A stretch of 49,502 nucleotides of DNA, taken from assembly GCF_001194135.2 (NCBI RefSeq), contig NC_068987.1, forward strand, positions 43,764,813 through 43,814,314, read 5' to 3'. Below, piece by piece: positions 1 through 10,963 of the stretch. This DNA comes from Octopus bimaculoides (Eukaryota). A program made the translations under genes and the position numbers. The number at the start of each line of letters is the position of its first letter. Positions within the stretch are counted from its first letter, which is position 1. The notes under the pieces were generated by a model, which did not search any database, was not told where the DNA came from, and worked only from the letters and a program-made list of their open reading frames with translations.

Positions 1-650
1 TACTAATAATCCCAATGTCGGATTTAGCCGGGCAAATAAGCCTCAAAGATGGTTGAGTCCAAAAATTAATTTTATGGTCTTTAAGAAGAAACCGCGGTTC
101 CTTCGGCACTATAGGTTCAGTTCTGTCCGCAATATTATATTTCTCCATTAGTTTCTTAACATCCAAATTGGTCTTTCTGAGCGTCCATCCATTTGTAATT
201 TTATAATTTTTTTCAATCTCCTTCCTAAGTAAATTCATGTAATGCTCCTTATTCAGTTTATAAATATTTCTAGTCTTGTCAGATTTAACGAAAATTCCTT
301 TATCACTTTTCACTTGTTTGGTAACAGTATTAAGATATCTCAAATGCTGGTTCTTGTATGGCGATTTACGAAACTTAATGTTCTTAACAATCGACCAAAT
401 ATCTTCTTCAAACTTATCTAACCTATAATTTATAAGGTGGGTTGTTTCTGGAACGAAACAATTTCTTAAACTTCAGTTCATTCTCAGGTAAATCAGTTAT
501 TTGTTCTTACTTGTCAAAGAAAAACGCCTTCCAACGAATTCTGTTAATAAATGAATGTGTCTTCCGGATAAGTTCTTTAATATATACATTATTAGGTGGA
601 ATAGGTATATCTTTCAATGAAGCGTCTATGTTAAATAACTCCACAGGTAA
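1..650 (-). mobile_element. Penelope-like element (PLE) reverse transcriptase N-terminal region, degenerate, runs off the window start
   Basis: Manual translation of the - strand: SLKDIPIPPNNVYIKELIRKTHSFINRIRWKAFFF, then a stop and a frameshift, then LDKFEEDIWSIVKNIKFRK...VKSDKTRNIYKL...FLLKDHKINFWTQPSLRLICPAKSDIGIIS, open to position 1. The motifs RWKAFFF, xDKTxNxYK and LKDHK..F...RLI.PxKS.IG match Penelope-type RTs as I recall them. Confidence 0.8.
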
Positions 651-1045
651 TGATTAAATAGCTGTTTGTCCAAGAAAAACAGTAAAAGTTCAATATCAAT
701 ATATTATAAATTAACTACCAACAAAAATAATTGGTAAGCTAACTCAAAAAATCATCACCAAAATAGCAGAAAAAAAACGACAGTGAAGGTATGCAGACTC
801 TTCAAGAATCGATCCTTTTGGTTATATTAATAATAATAAAGGAGTTACGACGCAAAAACGTATATATTCAAATGAACATATTTATCTTCTTCAATATATA
901 TTTCAGTATAAAGAATTCATTAAGGGACTTAATAAATCAAAATTTCTTTACACATCTTCAGGAATAAATATAACATCAGAAAAACTACATTCGGTTTCAA
1001 AATACAAACCGTTCATAGCGAAAAAATTTCACAATTACAAAAACC

Positions 1046-1478
1046 NNNNNNNNNNNNNNNNNNNNNNNNNNNNNNNNNNNNNNNNNNNNNNNNNNNNNNN
1101 NNNNNNNNNNNNNNNNNNNNNNNNNNNNNNNNNNNNNNNNNNNNNNNNNNNNNNNNNNNNNNNNNNNNNNNNNNNNNNNNNNNNNNNNNNNNNNNNNNNN
1201 NNNNNNNNNNNNNNNNNNNNNNNNNNNNNNNNNNNNNNNNNNNNNNNNNNNNNNNNNNNNNNNNNNNNNNNNNNNNNNNNNNNNNNNNNNNNNNNNNNNN
1301 NNNNNNNNNNNNNNNNNNNNNNNNNNNNNNNNNNNNNNNNNNNNNNNNNNNNNNNNNNNNNNNNNNNNNNNNNNNNNNNNNNNNNNNNNNNNNNNNNNNN
1401 NNNNNNNNNNNNNNNNNNNNNNNNNNNNNNNNNNNNNNNNNNNNNNNNNNNNNNNNNNNNNNNNNNNNNNNNNNNNNN
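1046..1478. other. Assembly gap (433 N)
   Basis: Run of N. Confidence 1.
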
Positions 1479-1507
1479 ATAACTGAAACAAGTAAAGAGT
1501 AAAGAGT

Positions 1508-1524
1508 ATATGTATGTATATATA

Positions 1525-1570
<46 letters not shown>
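1508..1570. repeat. (TG)n/(TA)n microsatellite
   Basis: Direct reading; source of the low-complexity YIYI ORFs. Confidence 0.95.
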
Positions 1571-1571
<1 letters not shown>

Positions 1572-1573
1572 GT

Positions 1574-1716
1574 ATATGGTTGGTGTTAGGAAGGGCATCC
1601 AGCCATAAAACCATGCCAAAACAGACTCAGTAGCCTGGTGTAATCTACCTGGTCAGCGTCTGTCAAACCGTCGAACCCAAGCCAGCATGCAAGGCGGATG
1701 TTAAATGATGATAATG
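1574..1716 (+). mobile_element. 3' terminal fragment of an RTE LINE (or a SINE sharing its tail)
   Basis: ggttggtgttaggaagggcatccagc...gcatgcaaggcggatgttaaatgatgataat matches the 3' end of the LINE at about 37670-37813. Confidence 0.75.
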
Positions 1717-1844
1717 AGATACGTATGTTTGTATCTATGTGTTTGTGTGTGTGTGTATATAAGAATCGGGGGCTAATGTAGTTTCGCACCTCTCCTTGAA
1801 AAATGCCTTTTGTTGAGAAAAGTTTTTCGGATCCCTACGTTTTA

Positions 1845-2945
1845 GGGCATAAGTACAGATTTCTGCCCCCGCCCCGACTTTGGATCATCATAAGTTTCAG
1901 AAAAATGGATATTTTTTAATGACATTTTCTACGAATATATGTTATATCATGAAGATTCCGAATATACAAAATTTTTGGGGAAAGTGTTTTAGGAGGGGGT
2001 TGGGTGGGAAATTTCGGAAAATTCACCGGAATTCACTTCAATTCGTCTTAACTTTTAAGAAAATGGATATTTTTTAATGAAATTCTCTACAAATATACCT
2101 CGGACTACGTAGATTCCGAGGATATAGGAATTTTGGGGGAAAATAATTGGGGGTTATTTTTGCGAACCGTTCCCCACTCAGGGGTATTTCTGAACAAGTT
2201 CATATTTGTTTCATTTTCTCCATGGTGTACGTTTGTACATCCGTAGATTTCTACCACACATGTAATTAAAACGTTCAAACGGTGAATTATTCCATTCAAT
2301 ATCATATTTATTATAGAGATTATGTAACAAATTACACTTTACACTTCTATATTTAACTGTGCGTGTATATTCCTTACTTTTGCTTCTGGTGTCTTCTGCC
2401 TTTCTATCAGAAACGTTTACCTGGGAATTTACTTAAAGTGAAAAAAAAAAAAAATCGTATGCAACAGATAAGTTGTCTTAATAACACATTTATGTGTACC
2501 AGACCTTTAGCTGTTATTTTTAGCATAATGAGTCTTCTGGTGAGGGCTTCATTTGCCTTCATTGCCTGTTGTTGCTTCAGTAGAAATCTACGGATGCACA
2601 AAACAGAAAATGAAACAAATATGAAGGAAACACACTCGAGTGGGAAGCAGTTCTCAAAAATAACCCCCCAAATTCCTATGTTCTCGGAATCTACATAGTC
2701 CGAGGTATATTTGTAGAGAATTTCATTTAAAAATATCCATTTTCTTTAAAGTTAAAACGAATTAAAGTGGACTCCGGTGAATTTTCCGAAATTCCCCACC
2801 CGACCCCCTCCTAAAATTTTGTATATTCCGAATCTACATGATGTAACATATATTCGTAGAAAATTTCATTACAAAATCTCCATTTTTCTGAAAGTTATAA
2901 TCACATAAAGTCGGTGGGGTGGGGCAGAAATCTGTAGTTATGCCC
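1845..2945. mobile_element. Foldback/MITE-like non-autonomous element with ~370-410 bp imperfect terminal inverted repeats
   Basis: The arm at ~1845-2255 (gggcataagtacagatttctgcccc...) is the reverse complement of the arm at ~2578-2945 (...ggggcagaaatctgtagttatgccc). ORFs 2105..2305(-) and 2363..2698(+) give similar peptides (ENETNM...SEST) because of this symmetry. Confidence 0.8.
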
Positions 2946-3445
2946 GTTTTTGATGGCGGAGATTACGAATATGCAAAAAAAGAAAAACTATCCCACCCAT
3001 TCCATTTAAAATTTTGAACTTTTTTCGAATTTTTTTCCCCCATGTTTTTAGATAACGGAGATTCCGAATATGCAAGAAACCACGTTTTCAAAATTCAATA
3101 AGCATATAGATATGTATATAAAGAGATGGAGAGATATGAATGTCTTCCTGGGGCTAAAAACAACAGGGAAAGACTTTCGCTTCCCCCACCCCCGATAAGG
3201 GATCGGGGGACACTACCAAAGGCTTTCTCCAAGTCAACAAAGGTTAAGTACAGAGGTTTATCTCCGGCTAGGAATTAGAAAACAAAATCAAATAATTCAA
3301 CGACAAAAATTTGGGGGTGGAGAGGTGTGGAATAAAAAATTTGAAAAGTTGTGGATTTAAATTTTCTTTTCTTTTTTTGTTTTGTTTTTGGAAAAATTAT
3401 AATTTTCGTTGCTAAAAACAAGAATGCAACAATTTTACTTTTTAT

Positions 3446-3825
3446 GGTGCAGGTATGGATGTGTGGGACGAAGTTTGCTTCCTAACCACAGGGTTCTGGG
3501 TTCAGTCCCACTGAGTGGCACCTTCAGCAAGTGTTTCCTACTATAGTCCCATACCGACGAAAGCCGTGTGAATGGATTTGGTAAATGGAAACTGAATGAA
3601 ACTTATCGTATGTATGTGTGTGTTTGTCCTCCATCACCGCTTGATAACCGGTGTCGGCTTGTTTATGTCTCCGTAATCTAACAGTCTGGTAATCTAATAG
3701 ATTAGATAAAATAAGTACCAAGCTTTAAAGAAATAAGTAACGGTGATTGATTTGTTCGACTAAAACCTTCAAGGCGTTGCCCCAGCATGGCCGCGGTCCA
3801 TTGCTTGAAACAAAAGATAAAAGTG
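3446..3825 (+). mobile_element. tRNA-derived SINE
   Basis: tRNA-like head with a B-box-like ggttcagtccc, body and aaagataaaag tail; related copies at 17722-18110(-), 46310-46495(+) and 48500-48700(+). Confidence 0.75.
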
Positions 3826-4747
3826 ATATCCAAGTTTGACAGGTTATTTCTGAGATAGCCAAAAAGTGTTATCTCCGTTTTCACTTTTTGATCATAAAAT
3901 GAATGAATAATTGTTTTCCGTTACCTTCCTTTTGAAATTTCTTTCTTTCTTTTTTTTTCTTTATTTACACGACATCTTCTCGTCTTGGCTGCGAAGACAA
4001 GTTCGCTGCATTCAGCTCATAATGTTAAAAACTGGAACAAATAACAAATGTCACCTAACAATATATTGTTTAACTTTAATAATTCCGCTGATCCAATGCC
4101 CAGGTCTACTTCTTTAATTTTACCGATCCCAGAAGAATGAAAGCTAAACTTGAACTCAAAATGCGAAATCATTTTGTTTGACGCTCTAATGATTCTAGCA
4201 ATTTGACTCCCTTAATGACTGGTGGTTGCATCTGGAATACCTTTGATCTGTTTAATGGGATTAACCAAGAGGCTAAATAACAATTACAAAAATTAATTAA
4301 CAACGATGAAGTATAGTGAACAAGATAAACATGCTAATATTGTTTCTAACAGTACCCTTAGAATGCAATAAATATATACACACCAAGGAAATAAATAACA
4401 CAACAAATCTAATTGCTAATTGGCCGTAAATCAACTACATTTCAAAGTCAACATTTGATGATATTTGGTAGGCGAATGTCTTTTACTAAATTTACCAACT
4501 TTTCTAACAACCATTATATTTACGTTATGCTGTTGCTAAGAGATGAATGGGAGTCTTTTTTTTTTTTCACGTTCACGGTATTACTTTTATAAACACGAAC
4601 TAGTTTTAAGATTGAAAGCAAATTTTTGATTTTAAAAAGAAATTTTTAAAAAGGGAGTAATAATAAAAGAAATTTCTGTTATGTGGTAATAAATCTCGCC
4701 GTGACGAGACGTGAACAATGAACTGTAGAGAGCATTACTCGGGGAAA

Positions 4748-4762
4748 ATGCCGACGGATTTG
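4748..4762 (+). CDS. NPLOC4: NPL4 coding exon 1 (MPTDL)
   Basis: aaaATGCCGACGGATTTG|gtgagt: good start context, strong donor, phase 0, in a locally CpG-richer stretch; joins in frame to exon 2 and parallels human MAESI. Confidence 0.75.
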
Positions 4763-7700
4763 GTGAGTTAAGGGTTTTTTTTTTAACATAATAAATTCGT
4801 AAATTTTGCTCGATTTTCTTAAAGGAAATATTTAAAAAGTTTTTCCCCTGTATATTATTATACGGTTATATGTATTTGTTTGTTTCTCTTGTTGGTTATT
4901 TTTATTAAATATGAAGTTGAGATTTCGTCGAGTCACTGTTTGTTGTGATTGATAGCGGCTGGTTGTTGTCTCCCGACAACACTCGACAAGATTTATTTTA
5001 TTCCTTAATTGTATATTTTAAAATGTCTAAAAAATTTACAAAACAGGACCATATATACTTATGAAGGTTTTTTGAGCCTGTCTCCAATAAACACAGTCTT
5101 AACTATACATTGTGTAGTCTGGCCACAAGGCCATAGTTGAAAGCTAATTGAAATAGGATACCACAGATCTTTATTTTATCGTCCCCTGTTAGAGATGTTG
5201 CTATCAAACAAAACACTAAAATGAATTCTGTTTAATCTAACGTTGTTGCCTACCTGCGAATGATTCTCTTTTGTCTATGGAGGTAGACAATTCCAGTATT
5301 TGTGGGAGATGGACTGTTGTATACAGACTGTTCAACAATCACAGACAGCATGGACTTAAAACTAAAAATGATGATCATTCTAGCCTATTACTACATGAAA
5401 AAAATGGAATGTAAAGTATTGGGAGTCGTTTTAGTTTTATCAACTACAAACTTTGGGTCTTGTAGTAAGTGAGCAGTTGTCTATAATTGGAGATTTGTTT
5501 AAATAACAATAATGAAAATTATTTGACCCAATCCGGTTTTTGAAATCTAAACTAACGTACAAAATTTCTCTGTTCAACGTTGGTGGTTGTTTAATCTGCT
5601 AGAAGAAGTAGCCAGATATTCCTCAAATCGCATCATACTAATAGTGTCTTCATTTAAGAAATGACGCATTGGATGATGTCGTCTTAGACATACCCCCACC
5701 ACCAAAAGACAAGGCGGTTACAGCGGCAAATAGTTTTGATCAGGGCCGATATGGAGCAAAACAAATGGTCACCCTAAACAAGAAACCTAACAAGGGGAGC
5801 CCCACTTAATTCTGTCATTAAAGAAGCAACTTCGTCTATTAGTTGTGTTTCTGCCACCAAGCCTACAATACTTCCATAAATACCAATCTGCTTTCTCTTC
5901 TAACCATGAACTATATATATCAGCATGTATTCACTTCTAATGCAACGCTGTTTACTAGCTTCTTGACGCAAACATCAACGTTTCTCTGAGCTTTTGTGTT
6001 TATAGCCACTATAACGCTGTTCACCAGTCCAGACAACGACAGGGCCTCTACGTAGTCGATCGACTTCCTAGAAAATCACCCTTAATTCCCTCAAATCACA
6101 CCCTGCCGCCCTAGAAAATAGTAGGTTACGTTGAAGACTGTAATTCTTGATACATAAAAAGCTTTGATAGTTATGAGAGGAATGTCTTTAATCATAGGTG
6201 TGCTCAATCAGCGCTGACTTAAGTCTAAACAACAACAACAATAACTAGTCTGGTGTTTTGTTCTAAGCCTCCTAATGTTAATTCTTCGTTATTCCATGAC
6301 TTGCTAGAAATAGCTGCCAAATTACCCACAAACTACACTTATTTAGCCTGTCATAAAAACGGATTCGTTTAACGTGATCCTGGCTTTCTTGTACATTGGA
6401 AAAGACCTGATGGTTACCTGTAATAATACATTTGATTTGCTCTATCAATGTTGACCTGGAACTAGACAATAACATCAACATCATGCAGTTTGTGTTATAT
6501 TGACATTGTTTCTGTGGCAAGCATGTGGGTAGTTTTTACCCCTAAATGTCACGGCTCTTATAATCAGAAAACAGTCTCTGTGTTCTTTCATTTTCAGTTT
6601 GAGAATCAATAATGCTGCCTCTCTATTTGTTTACATTGATTTTAAAACCATTTCTGTTTCTACCAGATTCTGATGTAAGAAACAATGATTTACACACGCA
6701 CATATACACAAACTCTGATGCTTTATATATAAGTATTGATTAGGACCCATCTGATTCAATATTGTTTGCAGGCGGTTTACTCTAATTCTATTTTGTTTAT
6801 TTTTTTAGTTTGGTTTGGTCTGTAGAAATAGTGCTGTGCCCATGGCCTTCACAGACTCTCCCAGACTGACACTGTTAATACTCTCTCTCCAACAATTGTG
6901 AGTCAGCTTCAGATATAATGTGCAGGGAGGGAATTCTAGTGTGAGCCAGTGTCCTGGAAAGGAAGGACTGGGTATTATGTTTAAAATTCTGTCTCACCCA
7001 TGCAAGCATGGAAAAGTCAATGTTAAACAGTGATGATGTGAAGATGAAGGCAATAGTCTAAATATATTGGTATATAATAATTATAATAATAATAATAATA
7101 ATGATAATAATAGTAATTATTCTATCATGTTTGCATAAGGCTAGTAATTTGGAGGGGAAGAGCTAGTCAGTTGCACCAACCTCAGTACTTGACTGGTACT
7201 ATTTTATTGACCCTGAAAGGATGAAAATCAAAGTTGGCTTTGGTGGAATATGAACTGACAGAATGCTTAGTAGCATTTTGTCTGGTATTCTAATGGTTCT
7301 CCCAGCTATAATAATAGTGATAATCTTTTTTATTATAGACACAAAGCCTGTAATTGATGGGGATGGTCTAGTTAATTACATTGATCCCAGTGTGCAACTG
7401 ATACCTATTTTATCAGCCCGAAAGGATGAAAGAAAAAAGCAATCTTGGAAGAATTTCAACTCAGAATGCAAAGATGCATAAAATGGCACTCAGCATTTTG
7501 TCTGGTTTGTTAACGATTCTGCTAGCTTGCCACCTTAATAATAGTAATTACTCATCTCGGAAATTCAGACATTAAAGTGTACACCATATTTTCCTGTCAA
7601 CCAGTTTCTAGTGAATGAATAAATTTGTTAAATTTATATATGGTGGTGCTCAGGTATAAGTTAGGATTGTTTAAACATTCAAGGGAGAGGGTAGAAGTGT

Positions 7701-7956
7701 TTAAGCAACCAGAAGATAATTAAATCTGAAGGCACTCCTGGAGATTACTTGTGTGGCAAATCGAAACGATTGTCAATGTAACATTACATAATCTCCACAT
7801 AATTGATTAAATCAATGGCTAACTAGCACAATTGACCTGCTTCTTCCTGTGTTTGTTTCTCCATTCTCTACATGATTATATATATATGTATTTATGTATA
7901 TGTATATGTATTTATATATATATGTATATATATATATATGTATTTATATATATGTA

Positions 7957-7987
<31 letters not shown>

Positions 7988-10930
7988 ATATATATATGTA
8001 TATATGTATATATATATATGTATTTATATGTATATATATACATGTATTTATATGTATATATATATGTATTTATATATATATGTATTTATATATATATGNN
8101 NNNNNNNNNNNNNNNNNNNNNNNNNNNNNNNNNNNNNNNNNNNNNNNNNNNNNNNNNNNNNNNNNNNNNNNNNNNNNNNNNNNNNNNNNNNNNNNNNNAT
8201 TCCAAAATTTTAAAAAACGGCGGGAACTTAGTTGCCAACCCAATATATCAAGTACATCAAGATATGAAGCTGGTTTGAGACTTGACCTGAATGTTTGCAA
8301 AAGGGTGGACTCTGACATGGTGGTTGTTAAGTTCCACTGAGCAACTTTGATTAAAAAAAAAAACTATCATAATAACACATACAACAATTATTAATGTCAA
8401 AAGTAGCCTCATTTTATTGCTTGGCTTTTCTGTACTAACAGGAGTTGGATAAATCTACTACAAAGAACCCTTCATAGATCTGAATCCAGTGCAATCATTT
8501 TTCAATAACCTCAAGTCCAAGCAAACTGCTTCTTTCCAGACTTCTTTGGCTTATTTCAATGATAACTATCTTCCACCATTACCCAGGCTATATTTTCACT
8601 CAGCTTCTGTCATTCATTCACAACATGTATCTAAAGTAATAGCCATCCCATCAGCACACATCTGCTAACATCCTTCTTTCAACTTCCATAAGTTCAACCT
8701 AAATTATAAGTTAACATTATACATTCAATGAACCTTTTCAACTTATTTCTTTGAAATCACTGCCCAAGTCAAACGGTATAGAAAATGGCTTATTAAGAAA
8801 AACATAAAAGAAAAAGAAAGAAAACAGGGAGAAACCTTATTTAAAAAGTTGCTGATTTTTTCAGAGCCTGAAGATTGGATGCGTTTTGTGCCATGTTCCG
8901 GAGACTGAATCCGCACAACCTGAAAGAACAAACAAGTTGGAACAAATTTCTCATCCAGTTCATAAAAAAAAAAATTTATTTTTAACTGAAAATATTACAA
9001 CTACAGTTCCGAGATATGCTTTTACTAGAACAATAAAAATTTATTACATTCACATTATTTACAATGGACAGATAGGTGTCCTCACCTTGTTTGTTTTACC
9101 ACAACGTTTTGGCTGATGTACTCTCCAGCCTTCATCAGGTGTTCTGGTGGAATTTCGAACCCAACCCTTTACTTGACTAATGAGGTGCTCTCTTCTCATT
9201 CCTAAGGTATTCTTTTTGTTGATGTTATTTTTTGTAGATATTATTTTCCAAGTCCCAGTTCAGTCCCAGACAAGATAACAACAAACAAGGTGAGGACACC
9301 TAAATGTCCATTGTAAATAATATACATAATTCCTCATCTCAGAAATATAGAATAGTAATTTATTACATTGTTAACCACATAATACAGGTACCATATTTTT
9401 TCACATTTATTTTCCTTAGTTTATGATTGATAGTCATGAACACGCATGCTTATTTCATTAAGTTCAATGGTTATATTAGCCATATCATTTACAATAAAAG
9501 GGTTAAAAAGAATTGCATTTACACAATAAATATTAACAAATTCAACCAGAGCAAAATGAATGCAGCATATAAAAATGCAATACCTGAAAGCAGAAAATAT
9601 AACCATCAAAACATACTGTAAACAAGAACATTCAGAGAGCACAAACCTCCGCCAAGGCAACTCTCAATGATTAGCCAGAGATGATTTTTAAAATGAGAAT
9701 ATCTGAAATAAACGACTGCTCTCACAAATGAAAATACTAAAAATGAACCCAAACCGCTCTCAAAAGTTAAGTAAAAAGATCGATCCCAATAGTAGTCAGG
9801 GAATGTGAAGGTGGGTGTGCAGGCTATGTTTGAAATGCTGTGTGTGAGTCGTCTGCAGTGGGAACAGGGACAGTTTTCTCTATGAAGGCATTTTTTAGTC
9901 TATCCCTTGATATAATGTCTTTACAACCATTAAGGTCTATAGTGAAAAATTTATCTGTGCATGAAAGAAAAGGGAAAGGATCAACATACAGTGCTGTTAA
10001 CGGAGGTTTAACAACATCATTGCGCACAAAAACCTGAGTCCAAGGAGTAAAGCTTCCTTCAAGGCAGAGCTAGAAATGCAATTGTCAAGTAGGTAAGAGG
10101 TTTTAAATAGGTGCGATATATTCAAAATTGGTAAAAGTAAAAATTGTTGAGGATAAATTAAATTTATTATTGTTACTGAATATGTTAGTGTTATTCAATT
10201 TCAGAACGGTTTTGCTGCCATTTGTTTATGTAGTTTGATTTCTTTATCCAACAGCTTCTAACTAAGATTGAGACGCGAGTAAAATCAATAATAGAGAAAT
10301 GAAAATAAAACTCTGGAAACAGCCTGAGTTTTTGCTGTCTCGTGGCAATGTTAAATCCTTTTGTTAAATTATGTTACCCTAAATCCCAAAATTCTGTCTC
10401 CTCGTTAAGAATTCAAATACCCAATTCTATCTCATTATTATCATCATCAATATTCTTTCACACTGGCAGCCTGAGTTTTTGCCTGTCTCGCAGCAATGTT
10501 AAACCCATTCATTAAATTATGTTACCCAAAATCCTGTCTCCTCGTGTTCTATCTTTGACCAAACTAACTCTGATCTTTTTCTTTCTCTCTCTCTGTTTCA
10601 ATAATCACTTGCTTCTCCCAACAATTTACCTCTGCTTCCCCCACCCACCCAATATAAACTAGCTTATTCAGATTCCCCTACCTTATATTTTAACATCTCG
10701 CCAAAAGGAAAAGATCAGATATTCAGATAAGCAACCTTGTTTTACAACCTAGTACATCTAAACCTCTTTTTTCAGCGCAGATCATTAATTACCTTATTAG
10801 TTCATTTCATTATCTATCAATGTAAACACAGTTTCGCCTTCTACGCTGTATGTTTAGAGACAAAAAAAAAAAACTTAAGATTCCTTTACTGGATCCAACT
10901 CCCCCTCTCTCTCCCTCTCTTTCATGCTCA

Positions 10931-10963
<33 letters not shown>

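Noticed and set aside
997-1619. Long ORFs spanning N runs and TA/TG repeats (also 7832-8340, 11032-11435, 42127-43386)
   Set aside because: Artifacts of gaps and dinucleotide microsatellites (YIYI/VCVC peptides).
3446-3530. tRNA-like sequence with A/B-box-like motifs (also 17990-18110, 46310-46390)
   Set aside because: No complete cloverleaf; these are SINE heads, not tRNA genes.
3910-4020. Possible divergent first exon on the - strand (aag|gtaacg donor near 3920-3925)
   Set aside because: No supportable ORF or downstream exons; a lone donor-like motif is insufficient.
7263-7481. 72-aa ORF with a hydrophobic N-terminus resembling a small membrane protein
   Set aside because: Overlaps SINE fragments and (taa)-type low complexity.
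9824-10070. - strand ORF of ~80 codons behind a plausible acceptor (LCLEGSF...[20 protein letters not shown]...AFQT*)
   Set aside because: No recognisable family and no partner exons; an ORF this size can occur by chance. Not called without BLAST or RNA evidence.
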